Shown here one piece after another: positions 19,541 to 30,335 of a stretch of DNA of 64,000 nt. The translations under genes were made by a program, and so were the position numbers. The notes beneath the pieces are model-generated. The model did no database searches. It worked only from the letters and a program-made list of their open reading frames with translations, and had not been told where the DNA came from. Every line of letters starts with the position of its first letter. Position 1 is the first letter of the stretch. Origin of the DNA: Candidatus Krumholzibacteriia bacterium (lineage in GTDB: Bacteria; Krumholzibacteriota; Krumholzibacteriia; JAJRXK01); the NCBI GenBank assembly GCA_041484665.1, contig JBGPIA010000014.1, positions 1 to 64,000 of the forward strand, given 5' to 3'.

Positions 19541-20425
19541 CTAGTGCTGGTCGTACCGCTGCTTCAGCGCGCCCCAGCTCGAGTCGTTTCCGGGAACCGG
19601 ATTGTCGCAGCAGACACCCACACCCCAGATCAGCAGATTGCCCGGAAGGGTGGGATCCGCGGCGAACATGTCGGTCCAGGTCACGCCGCCGTCGGCCGAG
19701 TAGTAGTCCTTGCACAGCGACGGTGCGTTCCCGCTCAGCACGAGGGAGGGCACCTCGGGGCACGTCACCGCATTGACGAAAATGCCATACGCGTAGGTGT
19801 CCGCGAAGTCCGCGCAGTTGCACGCCATGTCCACGCCGAGCGACACGGTGGTGCCGCCGGGGGGCACGGCCACGTTGAACGTCGTCGTCGACTTGGGGCA
19901 GACCTCCAGCCCGGGCTTCGGGCACCCAGGTGTGGAGACGTCGGCCAGCTCCATGTCGGCGCTCAAGGTCACCGAGCAGGTCGTCGGGCGAGTCGTCGAG
20001 TTCGGGAAGTACATCGACACCCAGATGGTGATGACGTCGAACCCACGCGCGCCGTGGCAGAGGAACTGCTGGGCGGCGGCGTTGCTGAACGTGATCTTGT
20101 AGGCGTCTCCCGCCACGACCTTCTGGACTGCGCCGGGAGTGCCGCCAGGAACGAGGAAGTAGGTCGGCAGGCCATTCTCGCCGAGACGGAATTGCGGCTG
20201 GCGCGGATCGGGCGTTCCCGTGTACTGGCTCCGATCGGGAGTCCCAGCGGGGATGGGCCGCGCGAAGAAGGTCCCCCGGCCGGTGTCCGGGCTGGCGACG
20301 GCCGGACCCGAGCCGGAGCGGTGGTCGCTCGCGACGGCATTGACGGGCGGCTTGGTGATCAGATACGCAGTGAGCAAGACGACCGCCAACCCGGCTGTCG
20401 CCGACAATAGCCTTGAGACCTTCAT
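19541..20425 (-). CDS. Secreted Cys-rich hypothetical protein with C-terminal SWGALKQRY motif
   Basis: CAGGAGG RBS, signal peptide, about 10 Cys, ends VPGNDSSWGALKQRYDQH. Confidence 0.8.
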   Translation of the reverse strand: MKVSRLLSATAGLAVVLLTAYLITKPPVNAVASDHRSGSGPAVASPDTGRGTFFARPIPAGTPDRSQYTGTPDPRQPQFRLGENGLPTYFLVPGGTPGAVQKVVAGDAYKITFSNAAAQQFLCHGARGFDVITIWVSMYFPNSTTRPTTCSVTLSADMELADVSTPGCPKPGLEVCPKSTTTFNVAVPPGGTTVSLGVDMACNCADFADTYAYGIFVNAVTCPEVPSLVLSGNAPSLCKDYYSADGGVTWTDMFAADPTLPGNLLIWGVGVCCDNPVPGNDSSWGALKQRYDQH

Positions 20426-20922
20426 TGAGTACCTCCTGGTTGCTCGGAAACATCCTCCCGGCGCGGTGAAGCGCAAGGTGTGGTGGTGGGGCGGCGTAGA
20501 CCGGCAGGATGCCTGAGTCGACTGGAATACGAAGGAGCGAGACCGGCCGAAGTCTACACGGAATCGGGGGGCCGGGTCCAGGGCCGCGCGCTCCGGCGAG
20601 GGCGCGCCAAATAGGGAAGGGCTGGGCTGGAGCAGGGCTCCACCGCGTCCTGCGCGGGCTGTGCGGGCTGTGCGGGACCATCACCAAGGCCCCCGAGCCC
20701 GGGCTGGGCACGTAATGTCGGGCCGCCCAGGGCTGCAGTCTCGCCCGGATGCGGCCGGAGCGGTCGGACGCCGCCCCTGCCGCCGATGTACCCGCCTGTC
20801 GGCAACTGCGCTGCGGGCTTCGCGTTCGAGCCGCCAGGCTCAGGCGCGGCGGCGCGGGCCTGGCGGCCCGGACTCGGCGGCTTTGGCAGGCCGTCTCCGG
20901 ACGGCCGGGGAGGGCCTGCCGC

Positions 20923-21255
20923 TCAGGCCTTCCCGACCCGTGCCTCGAGCCAGGACTTCGTCATCCCGGCCTGGGGCCTGCTGGCTCGCCGCGGCGCGCG
21001 TGTCTGGGACGCGTCGTCCGCCGCCGGCGGCGGAGCCGTGGCCTGGCTCAGCTCCCGCTCGGCTCGGAGCCAGTCATCCTCGGAGCTGCCGGGTGCGCCG
21101 GCGCGGCCGAGGTAGAGTTCGTAGGCACGAGCCGCGATCTGCTCGTGGGTCGGTGTGCGCGGCCCCACGACCGCGTCGGTCGCCTCGGTCGCGCCCCTCT
21201 CCATCCTCGCGGCCGCCGTGGCCTGCTGGTTCTCGACTTTGTGCTTGCGGGGCAT
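20923..21255 (-). CDS. DUF2934-domain protein
   Basis: HEQIAARAYELYLGR...DDWLRAEREL signature. Confidence 0.85.
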   Translation of the reverse strand: MPRKHKVENQQATAAARMERGATEATDAVVGPRTPTHEQIAARAYELYLGRAGAPGSSEDDWLRAERELSQATAPPPAADDASQTRAPRRASRPQAGMTKSWLEARVGKA

Positions 21256-21461
21256 CGGAGGACTCCCTTCCTCACCAAATAACGTTGACCGGGTCATCAG
21301 AGAATCGTACCTGCGCGGGCTCGCCAGCGCAGTTCGGCACAGCCCGGGTCCGGCCGTCCGCAGCGCAGCGGAGACCCAAGCCACCGCAGGTGGCATGATC
21401 ACGGACGATGATGTCGGATGCTCGGCAAAGGTGCGGAGCGCTGATTCGAGGTGAGCCGTGA

Positions 21462-22145
21462 TCAGCCAGCCTGCTTTTCCGCCTGGGCGCGCAGCTTCTC
21501 GTCGGCAATGATCGCCACCTCGACGCGGCGGTTCAACTGACGTCCCTCGGACGTGTCGTTGCTCGCCGTCGGCCGGGTCTCGCCGAAGCCGAACGTCACC
21601 ATGCGCGCCGGCGCCACGCTGCGGTCCACAAGCGCTGCCTTGACCGCCATCGCGCGCCGCTCGCTGAGCCCCTGGTTGTACTCATCGGAGCCCTGCGAGT
21701 CCGTGTGTCCGTCGACGCGGATCACCGTGTCGGGGTACTTGTTCACCGTGGTCGCCATTTTGTCCAGCTGCGCGAGCACGTCCGCTCTCAACTCGGATTT
21801 GTTCGTGTCGAACAGCAGGCCGCTGTCGAAGGTGATCTTGATCCCTTCGCCCACGCGCTCGACCTTGGCGCCCTGGAGATCCTTGTCGAGCTCCTTGGCC
21901 TGGCGGTCCATGTAGTCGCCGATCACCGCGCCCGCGGCACCACCCACGGCGGCGCCGATGATGGCCCCTTCCGCCGTCTTGTCCTTTGTGTTGCCGATGA
22001 TGCCGCCCAGCACCGCGCCGGCGCCCGCGCCAATCATGGCACCCCGGCCCGCCTTGCTCGTAGCGCAGCTGCTGAGGATCGGCGCGATGGCCAAGAGCGC
22101 GATCAGCGTGGCGGTGAGGACGCCGCCCCTGCTCCGGTAACCCAT
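21462..22145 (-). CDS. OmpA-family lipoprotein with glycine zipper
   Basis: Lipobox LSSC, Gly zipper, LFDTNKS, GHTDSQGS..YNQGLSERRA, NRRVE. Confidence 0.92.
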   Translation of the reverse strand: MGYRSRGGVLTATLIALLAIAPILSSCATSKAGRGAMIGAGAGAVLGGIIGNTKDKTAEGAIIGAAVGGAAGAVIGDYMDRQAKELDKDLQGAKVERVGEGIKITFDSGLLFDTNKSELRADVLAQLDKMATTVNKYPDTVIRVDGHTDSQGSDEYNQGLSERRAMAVKAALVDRSVAPARMVTFGFGETRPTASNDTSEGRQLNRRVEVAIIADEKLRAQAEKQAG

Positions 22146-22297
22146 GTGGTGGACCTCCCCGCCTGACAAACTCGAGCCGTGCCCGCGCCTGAACTCGGTA
22201 CGGCGCCCGCCCCCGAAGGGGAAGGGGTGTCGGCGAACTCCAATCTGCGATAAGTTCGTCGCGTTCGCCAACGGTTTCTCCAGGAGGGGGCAGAGGA

Positions 22298-23278
22298 ATG
22301 GAACTGGGAATGATCGGACTGGGCAGGATGGGCGCGAACATGGCCGAGCGCCTCGTCCGCGGCGGGCACGTGGTGGTGGGCTACGCCCGCAGCTCGACGT
22401 CGTTGGAGCAGGCGGCTGCGCGAGGGGTGCGCCCGGCGCAATCGCTGCGCGAGCTGGTGTCCCAGCTGCGCGCCCCTCGAGCAGTCTGGCTCATGGTGCC
22501 CGCCGGCGATGCGGTGGATGCGACGCTGGCCGATTTGATCCCTCTGCTCGCGACCGGCGATGTGGTGATCGACGGAGGCAACTCCAACTACAAGGACTCC
22601 CAGCGCCGCGCCCAGCAGGCGCGGGAGCGGGGCATGCACTTTGTCGACGCTGGCGTGAGCGGTGGGATCTGGGGGCTGGCCGAGGGGTACAGCCTCATGG
22701 TGGGCGGTCCGGCCGAGGCCGTCGAGCGCCTGCGCCCGATCCTCGCGACGCTCGCTCCCGCTGTGGACCGCGGCTGGGGCCGTGTGGGGCCGTCCGGCGC
22801 CGGGCATTTCGTGAAGATGATCCACAACGGCATCGAGTACGGGCTCATGCAGGCGTTCGCCGAGGGGCTGGCTATCTTGCGGCGCAAGGAGGACCTCGAG
22901 CTGGACCTGGAGCAGATCGCCGAGATCTGGCGTCACGGCAGCGTGGTGCGCTCCTGGCTGCTGGATCTCATCGCCCGCGCCTTGCACGAAGACCAGGATC
23001 TGGCCTCGATCGCGCCCTGGGTCGCCGACTCCGGAGAGGGCCGCTGGACCGTGGCCGAGGCGGTCGAGCTCGATGTCCCCGCTCCCGTGATCACGCTGGC
23101 GCTGCTGGCGCGCCTGCGCTCGCGCGATGAGAAGTCCTATTCCGACCGGCTGCTGGCCGCCATGCGCCAACAGTTCGGAGGTCACGCCGTCAAGCACGAG
23201 GGGTCACCTCCGGAAACCGCGGCCGCAGCACCCGGTGGGACGACAGCCAAGCCCGCCGCCGGACCGGCCCGGCGCTGA
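22298..23278 (+). CDS. gnd: 6-phosphogluconate dehydrogenase, decarboxylating (short type)
   Basis: [42 protein letters not shown]. Confidence 0.95.
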   Translation: MELGMIGLGRMGANMAERLVRGGHVVVGYARSSTSLEQAAARGVRPAQSLRELVSQLRAPRAVWLMVPAGDAVDATLADLIPLLATGDVVIDGGNSNYKDSQRRAQQARERGMHFVDAGVSGGIWGLAEGYSLMVGGPAEAVERLRPILATLAPAVDRGWGRVGPSGAGHFVKMIHNGIEYGLMQAFAEGLAILRRKEDLELDLEQIAEIWRHGSVVRSWLLDLIARALHEDQDLASIAPWVADSGEGRWTVAEAVELDVPAPVITLALLARLRSRDEKSYSDRLLAAMRQQFGGHAVKHEGSPPETAAAAPGGTTAKPAAGPARR

Positions 23279-23297
23279 CGGCCCGCAAGGAGCTGCG

Positions 23298-24764
23298 ATG
23301 GAGCACGGGCGCGTCCCCGCGAACCTGTTCGTGATTTTCGGCGCCGGCGGCGACCTGACGCAGCGCAAGCTCCTGCCGGCGCTGTTCCGTCTCGCCGGCC
23401 AAGGGGTGCTCGGCGAGCGCTACGCGGTGCTCGCCGTGGCGCGCGACGCGTCGCGCGACGACGTTGGCTTCCGCGCGCTGGCCCGCTCGGCGCTCGCCGC
23501 CAACGGCGCGGCGACCGACGCGACCACCGCGTGGTGCGATCGCTGCCTGTACTACCAGCCCCTGGCGGGCCCGGGCCCGGACGCGTACCGCGCCCTGGGA
23601 GCACGCATCGAGGCGATCGAGCGCACGCTCGGGCTGCCCGGCAACCGGACGTTCTATCTGGCCCTGCCGCCCTCGGCGTTTCCCGAGACGATCGCCCGTC
23701 TGGGCGAGACGGGGCTCAACCGCGCGCCGGGCTGGGTGCGCTTGGTGGTGGAGAAGCCGTTTGGACGCGACCTGGCCTCCGCCCGCGAGCTCAACGCGTT
23801 GGTCCACCGCTCCTTCGCGGAATCGCAGGTCTACCGGATCGACCACTATCTGGGGAAGGAGACCGTCCAGAACCTGCTGGTGTTCCGCTTCGCGAATACG
23901 GTGTTCGAGTCGCTGTGGAACCGCGACCGCGTGGAGAACGTGCAGATCACCGTGGCCGAGGAGCTGGGCGTGGGCCGCCGCGCCGGCTACTACGAATCGG
24001 CCGGCGCGCTGCGCGACATGGTGCAGAACCACCTGACCCAGCTGCTGACGCTCTTGGCCATGGAGGTCCCCCAGTCGATGGACGCGGACTCGATTCGCTA
24101 CGAGAAAGCCAAGGTGCTGCGATCGATCTCGCCGCTGTTGCGCGAGGACCTGGTGTTGGGACAGTACACGGCGGGGGCGTTGCGCGGACAGACGGTGGCG
24201 GGCTACCGCGAGGAGCCAGGTATGGCCCCCGGCTCCGCGACGGAGACCTACGTGGCCGTGCGCGTGGAGATCGACAGCTGGCGCTGGCAAGGCGTGCCCT
24301 TCTACCTGCGCACCGGCAAGCGCATGCCACGCCAGCTCACCCAGATCGCGGTGACCTTCCGCCGTCCGCCGGTCTGCCTGTTCCAGGCCTTCGACGCCTG
24401 CCAGATCCACCCCAACCGCCTCTTCCTGACCCTGCAGCCCGACGAGGGCTTCGCCCTGTACTTCGACGTGAAGAAGCCGGGCGAGTCCATGGAGCTGGAG
24501 ACGCTCCCGCTGCACTTCCATTACAAGGAGGCGTTCGGCGTGCTGGACGACGCCTACCAGACCCTGCTCTACGACATCCTCGTCGGCGACCAGACCTTGT
24601 TCGTGCACGCCGAGGAGGCCGAGGGTTCCTGGCGGCTGTTCGACCTGCCGGCGGCGCGGCGGCCCACCCTGAGCATGTACGCCGCCGGCTCCTGGGGACC
24701 GGCGCAGGCCGATGCGCTGCTCGCCCAGCGCGGGCACCACTGGGACGTCACGACTGCGCCGTGA
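23298..24764 (+). CDS. zwf: Glucose-6-phosphate 1-dehydrogenase
   Basis: [35 protein letters not shown]. Confidence 0.96.
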   Translation: MEHGRVPANLFVIFGAGGDLTQRKLLPALFRLAGQGVLGERYAVLAVARDASRDDVGFRALARSALAANGAATDATTAWCDRCLYYQPLAGPGPDAYRALGARIEAIERTLGLPGNRTFYLALPPSAFPETIARLGETGLNRAPGWVRLVVEKPFGRDLASARELNALVHRSFAESQVYRIDHYLGKETVQNLLVFRFANTVFESLWNRDRVENVQITVAEELGVGRRAGYYESAGALRDMVQNHLTQLLTLLAMEVPQSMDADSIRYEKAKVLRSISPLLREDLVLGQYTAGALRGQTVAGYREEPGMAPGSATETYVAVRVEIDSWRWQGVPFYLRTGKRMPRQLTQIAVTFRRPPVCLFQAFDACQIHPNRLFLTLQPDEGFALYFDVKKPGESMELETLPLHFHYKEAFGVLDDAYQTLLYDILVGDQTLFVHAEEAEGSWRLFDLPAARRPTLSMYAAGSWGPAQADALLAQRGHHWDVTTAP

Positions 24765-25693
24765 GCGTTCCCCACGACTTGCAGATGCGCGTGCTCCCGT
24801 CATCCGAGGCGGTCTTCGCTGCAGCGGCGGCGCGCTTCACCGCGCTCGCCCGCAACGCGATTGCCCGGCGCAAGGCGTTCCACGTGGCGCTGGCCGGAGG
24901 GAGCACACCCCGCGGGCTCTACCTGCTGCTGGCTGCGCCGCCGTGGCGGGACCGCGTCGAGTGGAGGCGCGTGCACGTCTGGTTCGGTGACGAGCGGTGC
25001 GTGCCCCCCGGCCACCCCGACAGCAATTTCAAGATGGCGCGCGACGCTCTGCTCTCGAAGGTGTCGATCCAGCCGGCCCACTTGCACAGGCTGGAAACCG
25101 GGAGCGTGCCGGCACGGGCCGCGGCGCGCTACGAGCGTCAGCTCGTCGCGGCGACGTCTCGCAGCGGTGGCCGCTGCGCCGCGGGGCGTCTGGACCTGAT
25201 CCTGCTCGGGATGGGTGGCGATGGGCACACGGCTTCGCTCTTTCCCGGGGCGCCCGATCTGGTGGACGAGCAGCGACTGGTCGTGCCCGCCATCGCGGCG
25301 GCACCGCCGCGCGAGCGGATCAGCCTCACGCTGCGCGCCATCAACCGGGCTCGAGCCGTGGTGTTCCTGGTCACCGGGGCCGAAAAACGTGACGCCGTCG
25401 CGCACGTCCTCGCGCAGCGCGCGCAGCTGCGAAAGGGCGGCCGCCGGGACAGTCTCCGGGGCACCAGCGGGGGCAGTGGCGCGGGGGGCAGCAGCCGGAG
25501 CAGCGGCAGGGGCAGCAGCCGGGGCAGCGGCGGGGATCGTCCCTTGAGCGGCGCGGAGCTTCTTCTCCCCGCCGCACTCGTGGCACCGCGGGGTGGAGCT
25601 CCGGTGTGGTGGCTGCTGGATGCGCAGGCCGCCGGGAGCGTGCTCAGCGGCGGACGCGGTGGCAGCGCGCGGGTCAGGCGCCGGCGCCGTTGA
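24761..25693 (+). CDS. pgl: 6-phosphogluconolactonase with Gly/Ser insertion
   Basis: [39 protein letters not shown] overlap with zwf stop. Confidence 0.92.
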   Translation: MSVPHDLQMRVLPSSEAVFAAAAARFTALARNAIARRKAFHVALAGGSTPRGLYLLLAAPPWRDRVEWRRVHVWFGDERCVPPGHPDSNFKMARDALLSKVSIQPAHLHRLETGSVPARAAARYERQLVAATSRSGGRCAAGRLDLILLGMGGDGHTASLFPGAPDLVDEQRLVVPAIAAAPPRERISLTLRAINRARAVVFLVTGAEKRDAVAHVLAQRAQLRKGGRRDSLRGTSGGSGAGGSSRSSGRGSSRGSGGDRPLSGAELLLPAALVAPRGGAPVWWLLDAQAAGSVLSGGRGGSARVRRRRR

Positions 25694-26141
25694 CCGGGTC
25701 TTGCAGCAGGCGCTCGAGAGCGTCGAAGAAGCCCCCGACCTGCCTGCGTGCCATCGCGGTGCCCAACGGCGCCATCAGCCGGTAGATCCCCTTCATTTCG
25801 CAGCTGCACAGGTAGTCCACGCGGGTCCGGCCGTCGGCGCCGCCGACCCGGTAGTCGACCTCCATGACATTCCCTTGCGGAAGGCTGCCGCCCGAAAGCT
25901 GCAGGGCGATGTGCCGGGGTGGGTCGAGCGCGGTGATCTCCTCACGGAACTCCCGGATCCTCCCACCCTCGCGGATCTTGAGCGTGTAGGTCGAGCCCAC
26001 CTGAACGGGACCAGGGCGGTCGGGAATGAGGCCTTCGAGCCCCTTCATCCAGAGCACGATCTTGTCGGGCTCGTTCAGATACGGCCAGAGCTGCTCCGGC
26101 GTGCAGGCGAACTCCCTGGACAGCTCGATCTTCATCGCCAA
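25674..26141 (-). CDS. SRPBCC-family protein
   Basis: TPEQLWPYL..PDKIVLW N-terminus and C-terminal amphipathic helix. Confidence 0.75.
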   Translation of the reverse strand: MAMKIELSREFACTPEQLWPYLNEPDKIVLWMKGLEGLIPDRPGPVQVGSTYTLKIREGGRIREFREEITALDPPRHIALQLSGGSLPQGNVMEVDYRVGGADGRTRVDYLCSCEMKGIYRLMAPLGTAMARRQVGGFFDALERLLQDPVNGAGA

Positions 26142-26325
26142 CCTCCTGCCCTAGGAATGCCGACGCGGCGCCGCTGCGCTGCTCGCTCCCACCGCCACGC
26201 CGACGCCCCCGACGCATGCCAGTCCTTGCGCAACGTCCTCGCTCCGCGGCAACCTGCTCGTTGCAGCGGTGCGCCCTGAGCCCCCTTGCCCGTGGGGCCT
26301 TCGCCTGGGGCCTTCGCGCGACGTC

Positions 26326-26991
26326 CTAGCCCTTGCGTCGCGTGTAGTCGATCTGGATCACCTTGGTGTTCGTCTCGCCGATGTCGAGGTCGTGGATCTC
26401 GAAGCTGAAATGACTTTCGTCGACGATGCGGGTGACGTACTTCACGTGCTTGCCGACCTCGCCCGTCATGGGCTCGTCCATCTCGCCGTACTCGATCATC
26501 GTAGTGCCCGACTGGTCGAGCAGCCCCTTCATCGTGAGCATGGCCGTGCCCATGTTGTCCAGGGCCACGCCGACGTACTTCTTCTTGAAGTTATCGTAGC
26601 CGTGGATGCTGTAGCCCTCGTAGGGCTGTCCCATCATCTGACCCTTCAATTCCTCCATCACCCAGCGGCCGTCGACGAGCCACCGGAAGCTGGCGCTCCC
26701 CTTGCTCTCCATGGGCGTGGACTCGGGACCACCCATCCACATCTGCATCGTGGTGTCCCAACTGCCAATGAAGTAGTCGAAGCGGTGGTGGGGCTTCCCG
26801 GGAACGGTCGTCTCCATCCACCGTTTCTGCATCTGCGCCATTTCATCGGCCGTGGGGGGCTTGGCCGAGAAGTCCTCCGTCGCCGCGGCCTTACCTTGCG
26901 CACGCGACACGGCGGGCAGAGACGGGGTCAGGAGGCAGATCAGCAGCCAAGTCAGCAGACAGCCAGGGGCGAGCGCCAGCGATCGTCGCAT
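26326..26991 (-). CDS. DUF1579-family secreted protein
   Basis: Signal peptide; PGKPH..F..FIGSW, GYDNFKKKY, DNMGT, IDYTR. Confidence 0.8.
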   Translation of the reverse strand: MRRSLALAPGCLLTWLLICLLTPSLPAVSRAQGKAAATEDFSAKPPTADEMAQMQKRWMETTVPGKPHHRFDYFIGSWDTTMQMWMGGPESTPMESKGSASFRWLVDGRWVMEELKGQMMGQPYEGYSIHGYDNFKKKYVGVALDNMGTAMLTMKGLLDQSGTTMIEYGEMDEPMTGEVGKHVKYVTRIVDESHFSFEIHDLDIGETNTKVIQIDYTRRKG

Positions 26992-27013
26992 GATGGGGTC
27001 TCCTCTCGATCGG

Positions 27014-28283
27014 TCAGGGCAGGGGGATCTGGGGGCGCAAAGAGGTGGGCGGTGGGAGCACCTGCGTGCGGCCGAACAAAAGCCGCGCGGAGGCCTGCAG
27101 CTGCAGACAGCTGCGGCGCTCGCCCGCGGCGGCCGCCTCGAGGTTTGCTCGCGCCTGACACAGGTACACTTCGGCGACCGCGTCGGGGATGGCGCGGAAG
27201 TGGCCGTGCGAACCGGGCAGGATACAGGCCGCGCTCAGAAGCAGCGCGCGCGCGGTGAGCCAGCGCCGGCGGCGGGCACCGCGCCAGGGCTCCCGCTCCA
27301 GGTGTTGCAAGCGTGCGATCAGTCCCACCGGTCCGGCCATCAGGCCCATCTGCAGTGCGGGGTCGGCGCCGCGGGCATCCATGCGCCAGGCGCACCGCAG
27401 CAATGTGCGGCGGTAGGCCGGTGTGCGGTGGCGGAGCACCTCGGACACGGTCGCGTCGCAGCACAGCTCGCACAGCGCGGCAATGCGCCGGCGCGCCCAG
27501 ATCAACGGCGGATAGAACCAGTAGAGCGCCTGCAGCGCCTGCACGGCCGCCTGGACCCATAGGTCCCGCCGGCGCATGTGTGCCAGCTCGTGCAGCAGGA
27601 CGTGCTCCAGCTCAGCGGGGGACAGCTCCTGCACGAACGCGGGCGGCAGCAGGACCACCGGGGCGGCGCAGGCCGAAGACGGCCGGCGTGCGGACGCCCG
27701 CTTCGATCACCACGAGGGGCAACCTGCGCAGCCCGAGCTGTGCTGCGGCCTGCTCGAGCCCGCGTGCCGGCGCGGGGTGCTCGAGCAGCGTGCCGTGCTG
27801 CGGCAGCGCGCGGTGCAGGCGCCGTCGGCTCCGCAGCAGCAAGGATGCGCCGAGTGCAGTCCCCGCCAGCCACAGCAGCATGGCCCACCCGGCGGCCGAG
27901 ATCGCGGGGTGCGGCAGAGCGGCGCTCGCGCCGGCCATTGTGGCCATCGTGCTTCCAGGCGTGGTCGTTGCGACCGCCGGGAGCGTCGTGAGTGGCCTGG
28001 CCGCCGTGACCGCCATGGCCGCCGCGACCAGCGCCGCGGGCGGGCGGTGGAGCAGCGGGATGGACCAGGGCAACGCCAGAGCGAACGCTGGCGGCACGAG
28101 CAGCTTCAGCGGAACGAGCAGCCAGACTGCCAGGCGCAACTGTGGGTAGATCCGGCGCCCGAGCAGCTGGTCGAGCACGAGCAGCCCGGCGATGAGCAGG
28201 CTGGCCTGCCATACCGCAGCCAGCACCCACGCCACCCAGCCGGTGGCGAGGCTGTTGAGACCCTGGATCAGGGTGGCGGTCAT
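27014..28283 (-). pseudogene. BlaR1/MecR1-like M56 metallopeptidase, frameshifted near 27660
   Basis: TM N-terminus to PAVFGLRRP in one frame; VVLLP...LLHELAHMRRRD...ELCCD in another; one extra C in CGCCCCGGTG explains the shift. Confidence 0.85.
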
Positions 28284-28654
28284 CTCTGCCGCCCCCGGCG
28301 CGGCTCCCGGAGCATCCGCCGCAGCGCCGCGCGGTCCTTGGCACCCAGACGCTCCTCGGCGACGAGATGCTGCATCAGGGGACCGAAGGCGCCGTCGAAG
28401 GCGCGGTCGATCAAGCCGTGCAGTGCAAAGCGGCGCGCCTGGCGCTGCGAGAGCGCCGGCTCGTAGACGCTCACGTTGCCCTGTTTGCGCTCGCGCACGG
28501 CCCCCTTCTCGGCCATGCGCGACAGCATGGTCTTGGCCGTGGTGTATGCCCACGCGGTCTCGCCCCGCAGGTCGTCCAGCAGTTCGCGCGCCGTGGCCGA
28601 GCCGCGGCGCCACAGCGCGTTCATGATCTTCCACTCACCGTCGCTCAGCTGCAT
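28280..28654 (-). CDS. BlaI/MecI/CopY-family transcriptional repressor
   Basis: LSDGEWKIMNALW, WAYTTAKTMLSRM.EKG, FDG; ATGA overlap with the M56 gene. Confidence 0.92.
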   Translation of the reverse strand: MQLSDGEWKIMNALWRRGSATARELLDDLRGETAWAYTTAKTMLSRMAEKGAVRERKQGNVSVYEPALSQRQARRFALHGLIDRAFDGAFGPLMQHLVAEERLGAKDRAALRRMLREPRRGRQR

Positions 28655-28795
28655 GACCGCTTTCGGGGGCAAAGGCCTCGGTGCGGGGAGCGTCCGCTTT
28701 GTCTACCGGGTGCGCGGTGGTCGGCCAATCATCGGGCCGGTCCGGCTGCTTCCGGGCCCCACGGGCTGCTACCGTCTGCCAGTTGCGCGCGTCTG

Positions 28796-28840
28796 CTACA
28801 GGTGTAGAAGACCCTACTACGACTGTAGAAGAGACGTCAA
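28796..28840 (-). promoter_or_regulatory. sigma70-type promoter overlapped by two BlaI/CopY-type operator boxes
   Basis: CTACAGGTGTAG (28796-28807) and CTACGACTGTAG (28817-28828) match TACA-N2-TGTA; minus strand TTGACG-N18-TAGGGT. Confidence 0.8.
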
Positions 28841-29772
28841 GCCCCGTCACCACCACGGCCGGCCAGGCGCAGCATGGTCCTGGCCAGGCCGCGGAGCATG
28901 TTGGCTTCGCGGCGGTAGAGTCGCGCCCGCGAGAAGATCTCCCGAAATGCCCGCATGCGGGTCGAGATGGTGTGCGGCGCGGCGTAGCCAGCGGCCAGGA
29001 AGGCGGCCTCCAGATGCTGGTAGAGGGCCTCCAGCTCCTGGGCGGTGGCGATCTGGCTCGGGGGAGGCTTGCGCGTTTGCCGGGGCTGCACCCGCGGCAC
29101 GGACGGATCGGCGGCCAGGCGTGCCATGAACAGCTCGTACCCAGCCAAGAGCACCGCCTGCGCAAGATTGTAGCTGGGGTGCGCCGGGTTGCTGGGGATC
29201 CAGACCAGTTCGGTGCAGTGATCGAGCTCGGCGTTGGTCAGGCCGTCGCGTTCGTTTCCGAAGACCAGCGCCGTGCCGGCCGCAGCCGGCTCCTCGCTGC
29301 GGGGCGCAGCGGGGGCGCGCGCCAGGCCGGTCGCTCCCTGCGCGGTACGGGCGCTGCGCGAGCTGCCGCGGCCGCGTACGCTGCGCAGGCCGCCCGGGCT
29401 GTGCGCGTCGCGTGCGCCGCGCGTGCCGCGTGCGCCGATAGAGGCGCTCGCATCGCGCTCGAGCTCCCGCGCGATCCAGGCGCAGGCGAACTCGCGCACG
29501 GGGGTCAGCTCACGATGGAAGCGCTGCCGAACGGTGAACCCTACCACCTGCGAGCAGTCGGCCGCCGCGGAGGGAAGATCGGCGTAATGCGTCGCGCCGA
29601 TCAGGATCTCCTCGGCGTTGTGGCTGAAGATCATTGCTTCCTTGTGGTCCTCGTACTGCGGCGCCACCAGCCGCAGCGGCCCCAAACCGGTATTCTTGAT
29701 GGCACGGGCCACCGCGCCGACGTTGCCGCCGAACAGCGGCGCCACCAGCACTACGCAACAGCGCTCCTGCAT
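28837..29772 (-). CDS. trmJ: TrmJ/LasT (SpoU-family) RNA methyltransferase with low-complexity insertion
   Basis: NVGAVARAIKNTG, ALVFGNERDGLTNAEL, SYNLAQAV, EANMLRG. Confidence 0.85.
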   Translation of the reverse strand: MQERCCVVLVAPLFGGNVGAVARAIKNTGLGPLRLVAPQYEDHKEAMIFSHNAEEILIGATHYADLPSAAADCSQVVGFTVRQRFHRELTPVREFACAWIARELERDASASIGARGTRGARDAHSPGGLRSVRGRGSSRSARTAQGATGLARAPAAPRSEEPAAAGTALVFGNERDGLTNAELDHCTELVWIPSNPAHPSYNLAQAVLLAGYELFMARLAADPSVPRVQPRQTRKPPPSQIATAQELEALYQHLEAAFLAAGYAAPHTISTRMRAFREIFSRARLYRREANMLRGLARTMLRLAGRGGDGA

Positions 29773-29862
29773 CGCTCCCGCCTCCATCCCGAGTGCCATC
29801 CGGAGCTCGTTCCCGCGTGACAATCCCCGATTCGTCGCGCGTGCCGCCACGTCGTGCGTGCA

Positions 29863-30165
29863 CTACCAGCGTAGCTCGAGCTTGAGCCCCGCGGTTCCCG
29901 GACCCTTCCTGATGAAGACGTTCTCCCCGATGCGCAACCCCTGATCGCGGATGATCTGACGCATCCACGCCGGGAGCTGGTCCTCCAGCGAGCGGCGCTG
30001 GATCGAGATCGGACCGGTCAGCGCCGAATCCAGCGCAATGCGGTCGAGGATCGCCGATTCATTGAAGCGTGTCAGGTTGGAGTCGAGGCTCGTACGGTCC
30101 CGGCGCCGGGCGGCCTTGCAGGCCTCCCGCATGCAGAGAGCGATCTCTCGCCGCTGTAGATCCAT
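29863..30165 (-). CDS. Hypothetical 100-aa protein
   Basis: ATG after GGGGGA, protein-like composition (MDLQRREIALCMREAC...LKLELRW), co-oriented with neighbours. Confidence 0.6.
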   Translation of the reverse strand: MDLQRREIALCMREACKAARRRDRTSLDSNLTRFNESAILDRIALDSALTGPISIQRRSLEDQLPAWMRQIIRDQGLRIGENVFIRKGPGTAGLKLELRW

Positions 30166-30335
30166 CGTGATTCCCCCCGGTCCATTCCGTGCGGCGCGGC
30201 CGGCCGCGCGCGTTCGCGGGTGCTGGCGCGCGCACTCCTGGTGCCCCCGATTGTAGAGGATCGCGGCAGGCCGTGTCCTATCGAGGGCGCCGAGGTCGAG
30301 GCCGGACTGCGGTGGGCCGGATCGTGCCGCGATCC

